In this document: positions 24,533-32,000 of the stretch, one piece after another | Numbering within the stretch: position 1 is the first letter of the stretch | Layout: every line of letters starts with the position of its first letter | Source of the DNA: Methylophaga frappieri | GTDB taxonomy: Bacteria > Pseudomonadota > Gammaproteobacteria > Nitrosococcales > Methylophagaceae | Direction of reading: 5' to 3' | Assembly: GCF_000260965.1 (NCBI RefSeq) | Contig: NC_017856.1 | Span: 420,001-452,000 of the forward strand | Length of the DNA stretch: 32,000 nt | Notes under the pieces: generated by a model | What the model was told of the DNA's origin: nothing | What the model saw: only the letters and a program-made list of their open reading frames with translations | The model's database searches: none | Position numbers and translations under genes: made by a program

Positions 24533-26512
24533 TTAGAACTGCCAGGCAACACTCAAACGAATGTCACGCCCTGGTTCGTTATAACCACGAATAAGGCCAT
24601 ATCCTGGGATATGCGTCAGGTCAGCAACACTGGCATGATCCAGATAGTTTTTATCAAAGACATTGCGAACAGTGAGGCCGATACGAATATCTTCGCTAAC
24701 GGCTGGCTGCCATTGAACATATAAATCATGGATACCATAACCTGGCTGATCAAACTCAAAACCGGGTTCATAGAGATCAACTTCAGGTGACTTGATACCT
24801 TCACGCCCTTTAACAAAACGCGCGTTCCAGCCAAAGTTCCATTGTGAATTCAGACGGTAATCCAGCTGTGTAATTAACGTATCACGAACCATATTGGCGA
24901 TACCGGCATGATCGTAGGCATTCGCATCATAACCATCAATTTCAGCATCGTTGTAGTGATAACTCACCCGTGCCATCAGGTTATCCCAGCGACGACCCAA
25001 CTCTAAAATCACACCATCAGATTCCAGGTCACCAATGTTTTCAAAGATTTGATCATAGTCATTATCTAACACGACATCATCAATATTACTTTGATAAACC
25101 TTTGCAGAACCAAACCAGGTTCTAGACTCATAGGCGACACCAAATTCGACGTTTTCCGCATCTTCTGGTTTCAAGTTAGGGTCAACACTGGTGAAGCCAA
25201 CTTTGAATGCATCCTGCGCTTGTGGGCCTTTAAACGCTTCAGCATAAGATGCAAAAGCGCTCCAATTTTCGGTGAAATGATAATTCAGACCGATATTATG
25301 GCTGACTTCACTTTCGTCAAACGAGGTGTTACCAAAATCATTGTCGAATTCATAATCGTCGTAACGAAGACCAGCACTTAACAACAAATCATCTGTCAGC
25401 TGGATATCGTCTTGAATATAAACGCCTTTGACTTTTGAATCATCAGTCGCATCTTCACCATCACCATTGGCAACAGTTTCATCTTCACGATAGTCGACAC
25501 CGTAAGTGATTTTGTGCATGCCCACCAACGAGGTGTTACGCAAGTCAAAACCTTTGCTTTCACCACTACCAACGAACGTACCAAAACGGGCTGTTGTTTG
25601 AGTCAGATCGGTTTCCGTATTGTAGACCGTCAATGACAGATCTAGGTAAGGATTATCAATCGGGTTCAGATTGTAATTCAGCGTCACCGTTTCACGCTCA
25701 GAATCGATCGGGGCCAGCATATTACGTGGCGTGATCACACCCCAGTTTGCCCGTTGCAGACGATTGCCTTCGTCTTCCCGTTTCTCATAACTCAAACGTA
25801 AAGTCTGACTTTCAGTAAGCTTACCCACCACTTTAGCGAACAAATAATCCTGATCAGTTCTGGTGCCCTCAACTTCATTGCCATCACCGTCTTCATAATT
25901 ATCAAAGTCGGCTTGTGTGTAAGAAACCATGGCACTCCAGTCATCAGTCAACCGACCAAACAAACTGGTATTGGTTTTAAAGCTGTCGGTGTTGCTGGAA
26001 AACATGCCTTTGACCAGCCCGCCAAAATCTTCTCCCGGACGAAGCATATCTTCCGGATCTTTAGTGACGAATTTGACGGAACCCCCTAAGGCGCCAGGAC
26101 CGGACAGAGCATTACCCGCGCCCGCATTCACTTCAACTTGCTTGAGCAGTTCTGGTTCAATACTGATACGGCCAGCATGGTGGAACAAGCGGGTGGCTTG
26201 CTGTGCCCCATCAATCGTAATATTCAGCAATTGATCTTCAACGCCACGAATATAGAGTTTTTGGCCAATATCGGCACCACCACTCACTGTCACTTCCGGT
26301 GACTGGCTGAACAAGTCTTCCAGATCATTTGCCTGAAGCTTTTCAATTTGCGCGGCATCAACACTATTTAATTCAGGCGTAATCGTGTTACCGGTAACCT
26401 GAATCCGACCTAGCTCAACAGATTCAGCCAATGCCGTTTGCGCTGCCATCGCACTAACCAGCGCAACAGAAAGCACAGTCGGGCGACTGATAGAATGTAG
26501 TTTTTTGCTCAC
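24533..26512 (-). CDS. TonB-dependent outer-membrane receptor (substrate unknown)
   Basis: Signal peptide, TonB-box-like region (ELGRIQVTG), plug motifs (IRGV, ITIDG), a barrel, and the terminal ...RLSVAWQF with C-terminal Phe. GTG start with a GAGG ribosome-binding site. Confidence 0.9.
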   Translation of the reverse strand: MSKKLHSISRPTVLSVALVSAMAAQTALAESVELGRIQVTGNTITPELNSVDAAQIEKLQANDLEDLFSQSPEVTVSGGADIGQKLYIRGVEDQLLNITIDGAQQATRLFHHAGRISIEPELLKQVEVNAGAGNALSGPGALGGSVKFVTKDPEDMLRPGEDFGGLVKGMFSSNTDSFKTNTSLFGRLTDDWSAMVSYTQADFDNYEDGDGNEVEGTRTDQDYLFAKVVGKLTESQTLRLSYEKREDEGNRLQRANWGVITPRNMLAPIDSERETVTLNYNLNPIDNPYLDLSLTVYNTETDLTQTTARFGTFVGSGESKGFDLRNTSLVGMHKITYGVDYREDETVANGDGEDATDDSKVKGVYIQDDIQLTDDLLLSAGLRYDDYEFDNDFGNTSFDESEVSHNIGLNYHFTENWSAFASYAEAFKGPQAQDAFKVGFTSVDPNLKPEDAENVEFGVAYESRTWFGSAKVYQSNIDDVVLDNDYDQIFENIGDLESDGVILELGRRWDNLMARVSYHYNDAEIDGYDANAYDHAGIANMVRDTLITQLDYRLNSQWNFGWNARFVKGREGIKSPEVDLYEPGFEFDQPGYGIHDLYVQWQPAVSEDIRIGLTVRNVFDKNYLDHASVADLTHIPGYGLIRGYNEPGRDIRLSVAWQF

Positions 26513-26622
26513 AGCAACCTCGCTAAATAAAAATCATTATTAATTAAAACCGTGACGCATTCTAATTTGCGTCAGCATTTAATGAAATGAAAATTACAAA
26601 TGTTACATTTCTGTCACAAAAA

Positions 26623-27984
26623 TTAATTTTGTTTCACATAAACAACAGGCAATGGCAATGTCACCGTGATCTGTAAACCTTGAGAAGCGATGTTGCTCGC
26701 GTAAATGCGCCCACCCAGTGCTTCAACTTGTCGCTTAGCCAACGACAAACCGATACCAAACCCTTTGTAAGTCGACTGGTTTTGACGTTTGAGCCTGAAA
26801 AACGGCTTAAAAATATCCTCCAGATGCTTTTCTGCCACACCCGGCCCTTGATCGGTGATCAAAATCAGATATTCAGTCTCGGCTTGTCGCAACTGCACCG
26901 ACACCGTACCGCCTTCTGGTGTGTGGTAAAGAGCATTGCGCAACACATTCTCGATGGCGTGCCCGAGCACCCTGTCGCTACAGTGGGAAACTGGCGCATA
27001 GTCAGGAATAGTTAACGCAATTTCTCGTGTTGGAAACTCAAATCGCGCATCTTCGACCACACTGTCAATAAGTTCAGTGAGATCCATCTCATCAGTTTGC
27101 AGCTGAGGTGACTCACCATCAAGCCATGCCAAGGTCAATGTATCTTCAACCATTCTGCGCATTTGCTGCACCTCAGTGCGGATGCGGTCCAACGCCTGGA
27201 TATGCTCTTTATTGTTTTCTGTCTGGCCTAATGCCAGTTCAATTCGTGTCAGAATCGTACGCATCTCATGCGACAAATCGGCTGTCAGATGGCGTTGATT
27301 CTGGATCAAGCGACCAATATGCTCTGCCATGCTGTCAAAGGTTTCTGCCAAAGTTGCAATCTCATCGCTACGATTGCCCAGCCGGGGCTTTAACCTGATG
27401 CTAAAATCTCCCTCGGCAACCTGTTTTGCTGCATGTTGAAGTTGCCTAAGTGGCTGCATGACATGCCGATAAATAACAATACTGATCAGGCTCATGAGTA
27501 ATATCGGCAAAAATATCTGCATCAATACGCTGGTGGCTGGCCAATATGTTCCTGGACGCATATGTTGCGGCAATAAAATCAAAAAATGCGTGTTGCCATC
27601 TTCGAAAGTCACATCCATGACGGGATTTTCCTTGAAATACAAATGTATTTTCCAACTGACATCCCGTCCGAGAGTAAATCGCTCTTTATAACTTGGTAAA
27701 AGCGTCGTGCCTGCAATTGGCGTTAAATCTGACTCAACCACCGCCACCCAGGTTTGCTCTTCATCACTTACACGCGCTAAAAATTGCGTGAGTGTTGCCA
27801 TATCGCCTTGCTGATAATACTGTTCTGCCTCTCTGGCATAGTCGCGTAGGGTCTGTTGGTGGAGCGGACTGATAAAGCTCATTTTCTGCTCGGTATGGAC
27901 AATCAGCCAGTGTGCCACCATCATCAAGGAAATACTGCCCAACACAATCAACGCAAACAGCTTCCAAAATAAGCGTTTTTTCAT
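26623..27984 (-). CDS. Two-component sensor histidine kinase (2 TM segments, periplasmic loop, HAMP, HisKA, HATPase_c)
   Basis: H-box LTADLSHEMRTILT, N-box NALYHTP, G-boxes DQGPGV and GFGIGLS. Two hydrophobic segments flank a loop of about 130 aa. The gene overlaps the regulator gene by 4 nt. Confidence 0.9.
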   Translation of the reverse strand: MKKRLFWKLFALIVLGSISLMMVAHWLIVHTEQKMSFISPLHQQTLRDYAREAEQYYQQGDMATLTQFLARVSDEEQTWVAVVESDLTPIAGTTLLPSYKERFTLGRDVSWKIHLYFKENPVMDVTFEDGNTHFLILLPQHMRPGTYWPATSVLMQIFLPILLMSLISIVIYRHVMQPLRQLQHAAKQVAEGDFSIRLKPRLGNRSDEIATLAETFDSMAEHIGRLIQNQRHLTADLSHEMRTILTRIELALGQTENNKEHIQALDRIRTEVQQMRRMVEDTLTLAWLDGESPQLQTDEMDLTELIDSVVEDARFEFPTREIALTIPDYAPVSHCSDRVLGHAIENVLRNALYHTPEGGTVSVQLRQAETEYLILITDQGPGVAEKHLEDIFKPFFRLKRQNQSTYKGFGIGLSLAKRQVEALGGRIYASNIASQGLQITVTLPLPVVYVKQN

Positions 27985-28664
27985 TGCAAACAGTACCCAG
28001 TACCATGGATAGTCTGTAATTGGCCGGCAGGCATACCTGCTGCCACCAGCTTCCGTCTGATACGACTGATGTGCATATCCAGACTGCGGTCATAACGGCT
28101 GAATTCTTTTTTAAGCACCATACGATATAACGCCGGTTTACTTAATGGCTGGCCATCTTGTGCAACCAAAGCCCATAAAATGTTGAACTGAACGCTGGTC
28201 AGTTTAACGTGCTGCTCCTGATAGAGGACGGTCTGAGGATGTTTTATCAAACGCAGTGCCCCCGAAGTTAAGCTGGCAACATCTGTTTTGGTTTGGAGGT
28301 TGGCACAGCGTCTTAATATAGCCTCGATTCTTAATCGTAACTCTATAAAATTAAATGGTTTAATAAGATAATCATCCGCACCATTTTTTAACCCCAGAAT
28401 CCGCTCTGAGTCCGCATCTCGCGCTGAAATAACGATAACCGGCTTATCAGATTGCTGACGAATTTGCTCAAGCACGCCGTGGCCAGACACATCCGGCAAG
28501 TTCAAATCAAGCAATATCAAATCGATTGGGTGAGAATCCAAGAGCTCACTAACCGGTGATGCATCAAATGCTTGCCAGACGGTGAAACCCGCCTCATTCA
28601 ACATGTCTTTGAGCTGTGTATTTAGCGTCAAATCATCTTCGATAATAAGTATGTTTGGATTCAT
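27981..28664 (-). CDS. OmpR-family response regulator
   Basis: Receiver domain (ILIIEDD, LILLDLNLPD, phospho-acceptor Asp) plus a winged-helix C-terminus (LTSVQFNILWAL...IHGTGYCLQ). Confidence 0.92.
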   Translation of the reverse strand: MNPNILIIEDDLTLNTQLKDMLNEAGFTVWQAFDASPVSELLDSHPIDLILLDLNLPDVSGHGVLEQIRQQSDKPVIVISARDADSERILGLKNGADDYLIKPFNFIELRLRIEAILRRCANLQTKTDVASLTSGALRLIKHPQTVLYQEQHVKLTSVQFNILWALVAQDGQPLSKPALYRMVLKKEFSRYDRSLDMHISRIRRKLVAAGMPAGQLQTIHGTGYCLQ

Positions 28665-28682
28665 GGCGTGATAGCGCGGCCA

Positions 28683-28701
28683 AATAATGATAATGATTAT
28701 T
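28683..28701. promoter_or_regulatory. Fur box upstream of the response-regulator operon
   Basis: aATAATGATAATgATTATt matches GATAATGATAATCATTATC at 16/19 by hand alignment. It lies 19-37 nt upstream of the regulator ATG (28664), downstream of the mucD terminator. Confidence 0.6.
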
Positions 28702-28736
28702 ATTTATATTAAACCAGTCTCACGACAAAAAAAAGC

Positions 28737-28770
28737 GGGGAATCAACCGTGATCCCCCGCTACGTTTAAT
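28737..28770 (-). terminator. Rho-independent terminator after mucD/degP
   Basis: On the minus strand: GCGGGGGATC..GATTCCCCGC, an imperfect GC-rich stem, followed by TTTTTTTT. Confidence 0.7.
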
Positions 28771-28787
28771 GCTGGTTTGCAATTATT

Positions 28788-30221
28788 TTAATCTGGAATA
28801 CGAATCGCCAGAAACTGTGCCGCACCATTACGCTGAACCAGAACTGGTACAGATTTTCCGGCCGGCAATGCTTCCGCAATTTCGACAAACTGCTCGGCAC
28901 TTTCAATCTTTACATTATTCAGACTCAGGATAATGTCCTGTTGTTGAATACCTGCTTTGGCAACGGGACCCGATTCCAATTTAAATACGATCACGCCCCC
29001 TTCAACCTCCGCTTGTTTACGCTGTTCAGCCGTTAAATCAATGACTTCCACCGCCAAACGATCGTCGGTAAAACGCCCCGTCATTTTATTTGACTGCCCC
29101 ACTGCGGCTAGTTGTTCATCTTCTGGTAATTCTTCAATGACTACAGCGATAGACTGACGTTTGTTTTGACGCATGATTTCAACCGTCGTTTTTTGACCAA
29201 CCGCCGTACGTCCTACTATTGGCGGCAAATCTGATGATGTTTCGACTGTTTTACCATCAAAAGTCAGAATAATATCACCCGCTTCAAAACCCGCTTTCGC
29301 TGCCGGGCTATCAGGCACAACCCGAGATACCAAAGCGCCACGCGGTTTTCTAAGGCCAAATGATTCTGCTAATTCACGGGTCACATCCTGAATAACGACA
29401 CCCAGCCAGCCTCGACTGACATATCCCTGATCCTTGATTTGATCCACCACATTCATGACAACATCCATCGGAATCGCAAAAGATAACCCCATGAAACCAC
29501 CGGTACGGCTATATATTTGCGAGTTAATACCAATGACTTCACCATCAAGGTTAAATAATGGCCCACCTGAATTACCTGGATTAATGGCAACATCCGTCTG
29601 AATAAATGGCACATAACTGTCGCTTGGCAAGCTTCGACCCAACGCACTGACAATGCCAGCTGTTGCCGAATAATCAAAACCAAATGGAGACCCAATTGCC
29701 AAGACCCATTCGCCAACTTTCATATCCATCGAGTCACCCAACTTGACGGCTTTCAGATTCAAGCCTTGCGGGTCGACCTTGAGTAGCGCCACATCGCTAC
29801 GTTCATCACTTCCCAAAAGCTCAGCCGTCAATTCCGTTCGATCACTGAACCGAACGACAATTTCGTCAGCATCCTTAATAACGTGATGGTTGGTCAGAAT
29901 AAAACCATCTTCAGACAAAACAAACCCCGAACCGAGCGAGTTAGCCTGAGGCGGTTGCGGTTGTCCTGGTTGACCAAAAAAACGTTTGAAAAAATCATCA
30001 AATGGCGTGCCTTCCGGGATTTCCATACCTGGTGGCAAAGATGGCATGCCATTCATACTGCGATCTTCCTGGTTATTCTTGGTGCTGATATTGACAACGG
30101 CATCCGCATTCTCTTCAACGAGTTCGGTGAATTCCGGCAAGTTACGTGCCTGTACCTGTAAACTCATCATTAACCAAGCCATAGCAAGACTGAAAATAGC
30201 CCAGGATTTCGTTCGTATCAT
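28788..30221 (-). CDS. mucD: Periplasmic serine endoprotease, DegP/MucD (HtrA) family, with two PDZ domains
   Basis: Catalytic triad contexts TNHHV, DVALLK, GNSGGPL. Two PDZ-like regions. Positioned after rseC, as in Pseudomonas algU-mucABCD. Confidence 0.92.
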   Translation of the reverse strand: MIRTKSWAIFSLAMAWLMMSLQVQARNLPEFTELVEENADAVVNISTKNNQEDRSMNGMPSLPPGMEIPEGTPFDDFFKRFFGQPGQPQPPQANSLGSGFVLSEDGFILTNHHVIKDADEIVVRFSDRTELTAELLGSDERSDVALLKVDPQGLNLKAVKLGDSMDMKVGEWVLAIGSPFGFDYSATAGIVSALGRSLPSDSYVPFIQTDVAINPGNSGGPLFNLDGEVIGINSQIYSRTGGFMGLSFAIPMDVVMNVVDQIKDQGYVSRGWLGVVIQDVTRELAESFGLRKPRGALVSRVVPDSPAAKAGFEAGDIILTFDGKTVETSSDLPPIVGRTAVGQKTTVEIMRQNKRQSIAVVIEELPEDEQLAAVGQSNKMTGRFTDDRLAVEVIDLTAEQRKQAEVEGGVIVFKLESGPVAKAGIQQQDIILSLNNVKIESAEQFVEIAEALPAGKSVPVLVQRNGAAQFLAIRIPD

Positions 30222-30643
30222 ATTTCTTCCTCTTTCATTTTCATCGCGATAACCGCGTTTTGCTTCTTAAGACTATTTGCCACCCAATAAAAACCGACAA
30301 ACAGTCCTATCCCACCCGTTAGCGTCTGCACGAGATCAGGCCAGCCTAGCCATCGACTGAGACCCGCCCCGACAAACATTGCCAACAGGGGCAACAAATA
30401 CATTAAAAATGCCCCATTTAATAAAGCCTGTTCAGGAATTGCCACCGTAACTTGCTGACCAATCCGAACTGACCCGGTGTATGGGACAGCAATTCTATTA
30501 AAACGTTTGCCAACATGGTTAGCTAGCAGGCCTGTTCCACATCCTTGTCGAACCTGACAGCCACCACAGGTCGTCTGGCGCTGTGCTTCAACCCAGACCT
30601 GATTTCTTTCAACAGCAATCACCGTTGCTGCTTGTTCAATCAC
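30218..30643 (-). CDS. rseC: SoxR-reducing system / sigma-E regulatory protein RseC (MucC)
   Basis: N-terminal cysteine cluster TTCGGCQVRQGCG, then two TM helices. Length 141 aa. 4-nt overlaps with both neighbouring genes. Confidence 0.85.
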   Translation of the reverse strand: MIEQAATVIAVERNQVWVEAQRQTTCGGCQVRQGCGTGLLANHVGKRFNRIAVPYTGSVRIGQQVTVAIPEQALLNGAFLMYLLPLLAMFVGAGLSRWLGWPDLVQTLTGGIGLFVGFYWVANSLKKQNAVIAMKMKEEEI

Positions 30644-31620
30644 GGTGCGGTTCCAGACAATTGGAATGTGATGTTTGTACCAATTTTTTCAACTGTGTGA
30701 GCAGGGACTTCACCAACAACCGTCACAAAGTGGGCATGAATAATTTTGCCATAGGCATTCATCGCCCCAACATTTGAAACGCCAAGAAGGTGCGCTGGTC
30801 GAGAGCGGGTTTTTTCAATAAAAACGGAAACTGCACTCAAACCATCACTATAGACACGTTGCTCTACATAAGCGCCATTGTTAGCACGTAACCGATTCTG
30901 TGCTGCAACCAGACTGAATCCCTCTGGCAACCAATTTGCTTGCCAGTTTGAAATCAGTTTATCGGAACTGGTATCCAAGGGCGTACCCGGTTCTGATTGA
31001 TACCAAATCATCTCATGGCCACCGGTTTGCGCTTTAAATTGGTGATCTTCGATAGGTGTTTGCGTATCAATTGATGAAAAAGAAAAAGTTTCCAACACCG
31101 CTTTCGTTTCAGACAACAGCTCTGACTTAAGCAGTAAATCGGTTTCGATATCCACCCACATACGATAGCCATATCGGTAATCATCAACCGGCGTAATGGC
31201 TAAAACCTGACTTTGTCGGCCGGCAACCCGCTCAATATCCCCCAATGTAACCTCGTAAAAAGGCGTGGCAGAGCGTAGTCTGCGGGGTAAATCGCTTGGA
31301 AAGCCTTGACCTAATGGACGTCTGCTGACATTAACCTGCTCGACCTCAGGATTGATACAGGTAACCATATCGTTAGAGCGAATTACCTCTCTGGCAGCGC
31401 CATTCAAAGAAATAAGTCGTTCCATTTCACCCAACTCATTGTTGCGGTGATATATCTGTACAGACTGTATGGCGCTATCATTGTGGTAAGTGAATACGCC
31501 TTGGTAGGTTAGCTCTTTTCCTGCTCGCGTCATGCGTTCGAGCAAATCAATCGCATCACTGCTTGACCAAGCCAATCCTGGCATCAAAAAAAATAGTGTG
31601 AAAGCCAGGGTCCTCAACAT
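30640..31620 (-). CDS. rseB: Sigma-E regulatory protein RseB (MucB)
   Basis: 326 aa with a signal peptide, followed by the LLERM...YQGVFTY pattern typical of the MucB/RseB N-domain. Flanked by rseA and rseC. Confidence 0.9.
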   Translation of the reverse strand: MLRTLAFTLFFLMPGLAWSSSDAIDLLERMTRAGKELTYQGVFTYHNDSAIQSVQIYHRNNELGEMERLISLNGAAREVIRSNDMVTCINPEVEQVNVSRRPLGQGFPSDLPRRLRSATPFYEVTLGDIERVAGRQSQVLAITPVDDYRYGYRMWVDIETDLLLKSELLSETKAVLETFSFSSIDTQTPIEDHQFKAQTGGHEMIWYQSEPGTPLDTSSDKLISNWQANWLPEGFSLVAAQNRLRANNGAYVEQRVYSDGLSAVSVFIEKTRSRPAHLLGVSNVGAMNAYGKIIHAHFVTVVGEVPAHTVEKIGTNITFQLSGTAP

Positions 31621-31622
31621 CG

Positions 31623-32000
31623 TTACTGCTCCGCCCCGTAGGAAACAACACGACCGTATGAAAACATACCTGCACCACCAGCGTATTCATTGTGATCAAC
31701 CAAATAATGATTCAATCGATCTTCTACTTCAGGCGCTTCAACTATCCAGCGATTGACTCTGACCACAGGCGATGTGCTGGCAGTTTGTGGCGCGGACTCG
31801 ACTGCTGCTACCGGCATCGATTGAAATCCAGTTTGGATACTGGGCTGCATTACGCCGACTACCGCCAAAGCTCCCACTGACGCTGCAACAGCGAGACCAG
31901 CGGCTTGTTTCCAGACTTTGGCCGGAAAGCGAATAATATTAGATTGATGACGACGCTCAGATTGGCTATAGACCGGTTCATTCGCGAGTTGCGCAGACAG
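31623..32000 (-). CDS. rseA: Anti-sigma-E factor RseA (MucA), C-terminal part; the gene runs off the window edge
   Basis: My hand translation upstream of the listed 84-aa ORF stays open to nt 32000: LSAQLANEPVYSQSERRHQSNIIRFPAKVWKQAAGLAVAASVGALAVVGVMQP... This gives a TM anchor followed by a periplasmic tail, immediately upstream of rseB. Confidence 0.8.
   Translation of the reverse strand: MSAQLANEPVYSQSERRHQSNIIRFPAKVWKQAAGLAVAASVGALAVVGVMQPSIQTGFQSMPVAAVESAPQTASTSPVVRVNRWIVEAPEVEDRLNHYLVDHNEYAGGAGMFSYGRVVSYGAEQ

Noticed and set aside
26523-26541. Second Fur-like site (13/19) just upstream of the TonB-dependent receptor gene
   Set aside because: The match is weak in generally AT-rich DNA, and the site lies only about 11 nt from the GTG start, next to the ribosome-binding site rather than at a plausible promoter. 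The nearby elements TGACGCA-N8-TGCGTCA (26553-26574) and AAATGT-T-ACATTT (26598-26610) might be an attenuator or operator, but they are too short to call.
1-32000. Mobile elements, CRISPR arrays, prophage or defence islands, tRNA/rRNA genes
   Set aside because: I found no transposase, integrase or recombinase-like translations, no regularly spaced direct repeats, and no tRNA-like or rRNA-like sequence when reading the window. The accessory-looking segments are bounded by terminators rather than by repeats.

Overview
The window looks like a gammaproteobacterial chromosome segment with moderate-to-low GC by eye. Its gene order matches the Pseudomonas algU-mucABCD / lepA-lepB-rnc-era-recO-pdxJ region. 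I saw no rRNA or tRNA genes, CRISPR arrays, transposases or integrases.

Layout:
- 1-569 (-): 5' part of an AraC-type regulator that runs off the window edge.
- 820-2478 (+): ettA.
- About 2480-3000: a 520-nt non-coding stretch with three strong hairpins, one of them a textbook intrinsic terminator.
- 3002-9431 (+): a compact operon that appears to encode a complete glucosylglycerate (compatible solute) cycle. It contains a fused D-glycerate 3-kinase / glucosyl-3-phosphoglycerate phosphatase, GpgS, a GH13_18 sucrose-phosphorylase-family enzyme and GalU. It ends with a stand-alone degenerate GGDEF protein and a possible 35-aa membrane peptide.
- 9651-12880 (+): the most unusual element. A cyanophycin-synthetase-derived ATP-grasp protein (N and G domains, vestigial M domain) is translationally coupled to a stand-alone adenylate-forming (ANL) enzyme.
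- 12950-24307 (-): a tightly packed housekeeping array, lepA-lepB-DUF4845-rnc-era-recO-pdxJ-acpS-cysM-ydbH-ydbL, followed by rlmD.
- 24533-28664 (-): a response regulator / histidine kinase / TonB-dependent receptor module carrying a Fur-box-like site, lying between mucD and lepA.
- 28788-32000 (-): mucD/degP, rseC, rseB and the 3' part of rseA.

All functional calls come from reading the supplied translations and recalling family motifs. No database search was run.
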